From the NCBI GenBank assembly GCA_965226885.1, contig CBDDEL010000016.1:736001-800000 (forward strand): a DNA stretch of 64,000 bases, written 5' to 3'. Made by a program: the position numbers and the translations under genes. Numbering within the stretch: the stretch's first letter is position 1; each line of letters starts with the position of its first letter. The notes beneath the pieces are model-generated. The model was not told the origin of the DNA. It worked only from the letters and a program-made list of their open reading frames with translations, and searched no databases. The stretch comes from Opitutales bacterium. Lineage in GTDB: Bacteria > Verrucomicrobiota > Verrucomicrobiia > Opitutales > UBA2987. Of this stretch, positions 61,161 to 64,000 are shown in pieces.

Positions 61161-61337
61161 GCCCATTCTCCAGTTTTCGATTTTTGTTGCCATTTTTGAA
61201 TAAATATTCTAGATTTCGCGACATTTAATAGATGAAATGCCGTTCAGGCTGCCCCCAAACCGCGATTTAGCAAAAATCCGGCTTTTTTAGTTCGGAAATA
61301 TTTGGGATGAGCCGACTTGATAATGGGAAGCAATCAG

Positions 61338-61829
61338 ATGAAAAAAACCGAAATAAAAGGCTTTTCTCTTATTGAAATTTTTATCGCCATTACTATCATT
61401 GGTTTCCTCATTACTATGGCTGTCCCGGCGGTCCGAAAAGTGATTCGCGCAAGCCAAAACAATGTCATTACCAACGACTTAAGAGTTTTTTCATCAGCTT
61501 TTCAGCAATACGCCGGAGAATTTGGCAATTATCCCGACGACCAAGCCTCGGGAAATTCCTACCCGACGGGGATGGAGGGATACCTGAGGGAAACGACCTG
61601 GATACGGGTAACGCCCATCGGCGGAAATTACGATTGGGACAAAAACGCAATGCATCAGGGGACCAAGTACGAAGCCGTCATTACCATCAATGAGGCCCAA
61701 GACAATGATATCATTGTGAGCTTGGAGCAATTGGAGGAAATTGACGATCTGATTGATGACGGCGATCTCAATGCGGGTTATTTCCGCTTGGGTAAAAGAA
61801 ACGCGCCTATTTTCATTGTTGCGGAGTGA
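61338..61829 (+). CDS. Type IV pilin-like / pseudopilin protein
   Basis: Class III signal KG|FSLIE followed by a hydrophobic helix. Start may be 61317. Confidence 0.85.
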   Translation: MKKTEIKGFSLIEIFIAITIIGFLITMAVPAVRKVIRASQNNVITNDLRVFSSAFQQYAGEFGNYPDDQASGNSYPTGMEGYLRETTWIRVTPIGGNYDWDKNAMHQGTKYEAVITINEAQDNDIIVSLEQLEEIDDLIDDGDLNAGYFRLGKRNAPIFIVAE

Positions 61830-61883
61830 GCCGATCTCCAGATGGCCACGACGGCTAATGTTGGGGCGGTAACCGGATCTTAT

Positions 61884-62771
61884 TTATTGCAAAAGTTCCG
61901 TCAGGCTACCCGGAAAGCGATAATAAATATCCTTGTAAAACTCGATCTCGTCGTTGCTTACCAGGTTGATAATTTCCCGCTCGTCCAGAATGGCCTGGAG
62001 AGTGCCTTCGCTTCTTGCGTAAGCGTAGGTTCCTTCATCCTCCACATTCAGAACGACCTGATCCAATTCCCTCGAATAGTTGTACTCATAGAGCTTGGCA
62101 ACGGCGTTTCCGGACAGGTGAATGACCAAATCTCCCTCCTCGCTCCCCGTCATATAAGTTCCCGCATAAATGGCTTCGAGGGAGGCAATTTCCGCCTGGG
62201 CGCTGACAAGATCGTTTTCAATGGGCGGAAAACGATTGTCGATTTCTCCGAAATAGATCCAGGCACCGGTGGTTCCTCCCACCACTAAAATGACATAAAC
62301 GGCCGTCTGGATGAACCGGGCCAGGTTGTAAGCCCTTTTTTGCGCCTTGTCGTAATCATCGGCGGTCATCTCCGCCGGAGGCGTATAATCGAATTCCTCT
62401 CCCGACACGAAAACAATCGCCTCCTGCACTGTGACCTCCACATCGCGCTCGTGGGCGACATCAAGATTCGAGGCATAAAGCTGGCCCTCTCTGCTTTCCA
62501 GGGTAAAGTTCACCCATCGGGATTTAGCCACCACCAAGGGTGGGAATTGCATGTCTTCAGAACACTTCAGCTTCACCATCCTCTCAATATACTGACACAG
62601 CTCCTCCCGGCTGAGGTTTCCGATTTCGTTCAACCCGAACTCATCCCCGGCAGCAAGGAAATCTTTATCCACGCTCCTGGAGGTAACTTTAATAACCGTA
62701 ATCAAAATATGGAGTCTGCTAGCTTCCTCAAATTGCGATATTCCTGAAAGGAACCCCTCGGACGGAAACAA
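61884..62771 (-). CDS. Hypothetical protein with one central TM helix
   Basis: 295-aa ORF; TM segment FIQTAVYVILVVGGTTGAWIYF. Confidence 0.6.
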   Translation of the reverse strand: MFPSEGFLSGISQFEEASRLHILITVIKVTSRSVDKDFLAAGDEFGLNEIGNLSREELCQYIERMVKLKCSEDMQFPPLVVAKSRWVNFTLESREGQLYASNLDVAHERDVEVTVQEAIVFVSGEEFDYTPPAEMTADDYDKAQKRAYNLARFIQTAVYVILVVGGTTGAWIYFGEIDNRFPPIENDLVSAQAEIASLEAIYAGTYMTGSEEGDLVIHLSGNAVAKLYEYNYSRELDQVVLNVEDEGTYAYARSEGTLQAILDEREIINLVSNDEIEFYKDIYYRFPGSLTELLQ

Positions 62772-62821
62772 TTACATGAAATTGGCTTAGAAATGACCCT
62801 TTCATCGGTCAGTTAATAGAA

Positions 62822-64000
62822 TGATGTGCACTGGAAAAAGTGGACACGAGATTCTCCTAAATGGAGAATCGAAGCATGGGAAGAAGACGCTTTAGTATAG
62901 AGTTCAAAAATGAGGCAGTTCAACTGATGATACTCGATGGTCTGAGCGCCACCGAGGTATCGACCAAACTTGGGGTCAACACCAACCAATTATATAGGTG
63001 GAAGAGGCTCTATCTGGACGATCAGCAGGGCGAAGCCACCTCAAAGCGACAGAGCAGTCCGAAGGAGATGGCGGCCGAGATAGATCGTCTTCGCAAAGAG
63101 CTGCGCCGCTCGGAGCGGATCAACCAGATACTAAAAAAACGGTGGGCTACTTTGCCAAGGACGAACAATGAAGTACCAGTTTGTCAAAGACAACGAGGGG
63201 CGCTTCAAGATCGAGGAAATATGCTCGGCGATGGGGATTTGTCGCAGTGGCTATTACTGCTGGAGGCACCGAGCGCCCTCGGCCCGGCGGATCGAGGACG
63301 AGGGAATCAAGGGGGCGATCCTGAAGGTACACAAAGAGGCCAAGGGCCGCTATGGGCATCGGCCAATGCACCGCCATCTGAAGGATGATGAGGGCATCGA
63401 TTGCGGCCGTGACCGGGCTCTGCGTCTGATGCGTGAAATGGGAATCAAAAGCACCCAGAGTAAACGCTTTAAGCCATTAAAAACCAACAGTAACCATCCC
63501 TATGGTTACAGCCCCAATGTGCTTAAAAAGCATGGCCAGCCGACCCATATCGACGAGGTCTGGGTGGCGGACACGACCTACCTACGGACCCTGGCCGGTT
63601 GGATGTACTTGGCCACGGTGATGGACCTGTTCAGCCGACGCCTGCTGGGCTGGAGCGTTTCCAACCACAACGACGCGAAGCTGGTTGGCAAGGCCCTCAA
63701 AGCCGCGGCCATGACCCGCGGCACACTGCGCACCGGGATTATTCATCACAGCGATCGGGGCAGCCCCTACGCCAGCGACGACTATCAGAGGCTGGTCTCT
63801 GAACTAGGCATGAAGCCGAGCATGAGCGCCCAAGGCAACTGCTACGACAACGCGGCCATGGAATCGTTCTACGGCCGCTTCAAGACCAGCACGATTCGAG
63901 GCCGCCACTTTGCCGACGAGCGCGAACTGCGATCAACTGTCTTCGAATACGTGGAAATCTTCTACAACCGATATCGCAAACATTCCTCTCTGAGTTACCA
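62822..64000 (+). mobile_element. IS3-family element type C, copy 3 (runs off window; OrfA from 62861, OrfB from 63168)
   Basis: IRL at 62822; slippery run is A7 instead of A8. Confidence 0.92.

Overview
Bacterial chromosomal window, probably from a Verrucomicrobiota (Opitutales-like) organism. This is inferred from gene types, not from a database search. 1-11.3 kb is one apparent operon: three tandem paralogous FAD-linked oxidoreductases, a CocE/NonD hydrolase, a NitT/TauT-type ABC ATPase and permease, and three NMT1/THI5-like lipoprotein substrate-binding proteins (SBPs). The third SBP is fused to a sulfite-oxidase/PruR-like domain and a mono-heme cytochrome c, and is the best candidate here for an undescribed system. 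Housekeeping genes include adk-like, lpxK, topB, fbaA, menF-menD-menB, metG, msrA, nth, fused gcvP, trpF, cca, gmhA and tRNA-Arg(CCG). The window is heavily invaded by IS elements: 8 elements of 4 types plus a remnant, about 11.7 kb or 18%. It also carries at least six disrupted host genes. Two structural signals stand out. (i) A pilB/gspE gene is split in two, with its 7-bp target duplication TAGGCTA divided between two inverted IS copies, which records a ~22-kb IS-mediated inversion. (ii) Seven perfect 10-20 bp tandem duplications, mostly without microhomology, are scattered through the window; two of them jointly break one 206-aa gene. A sigma54 promoter with paired palindromic enhancer sites and Fur-like boxes upstream of a TonB-dependent receptor are also visible. 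No CRISPR array or rRNA was seen.
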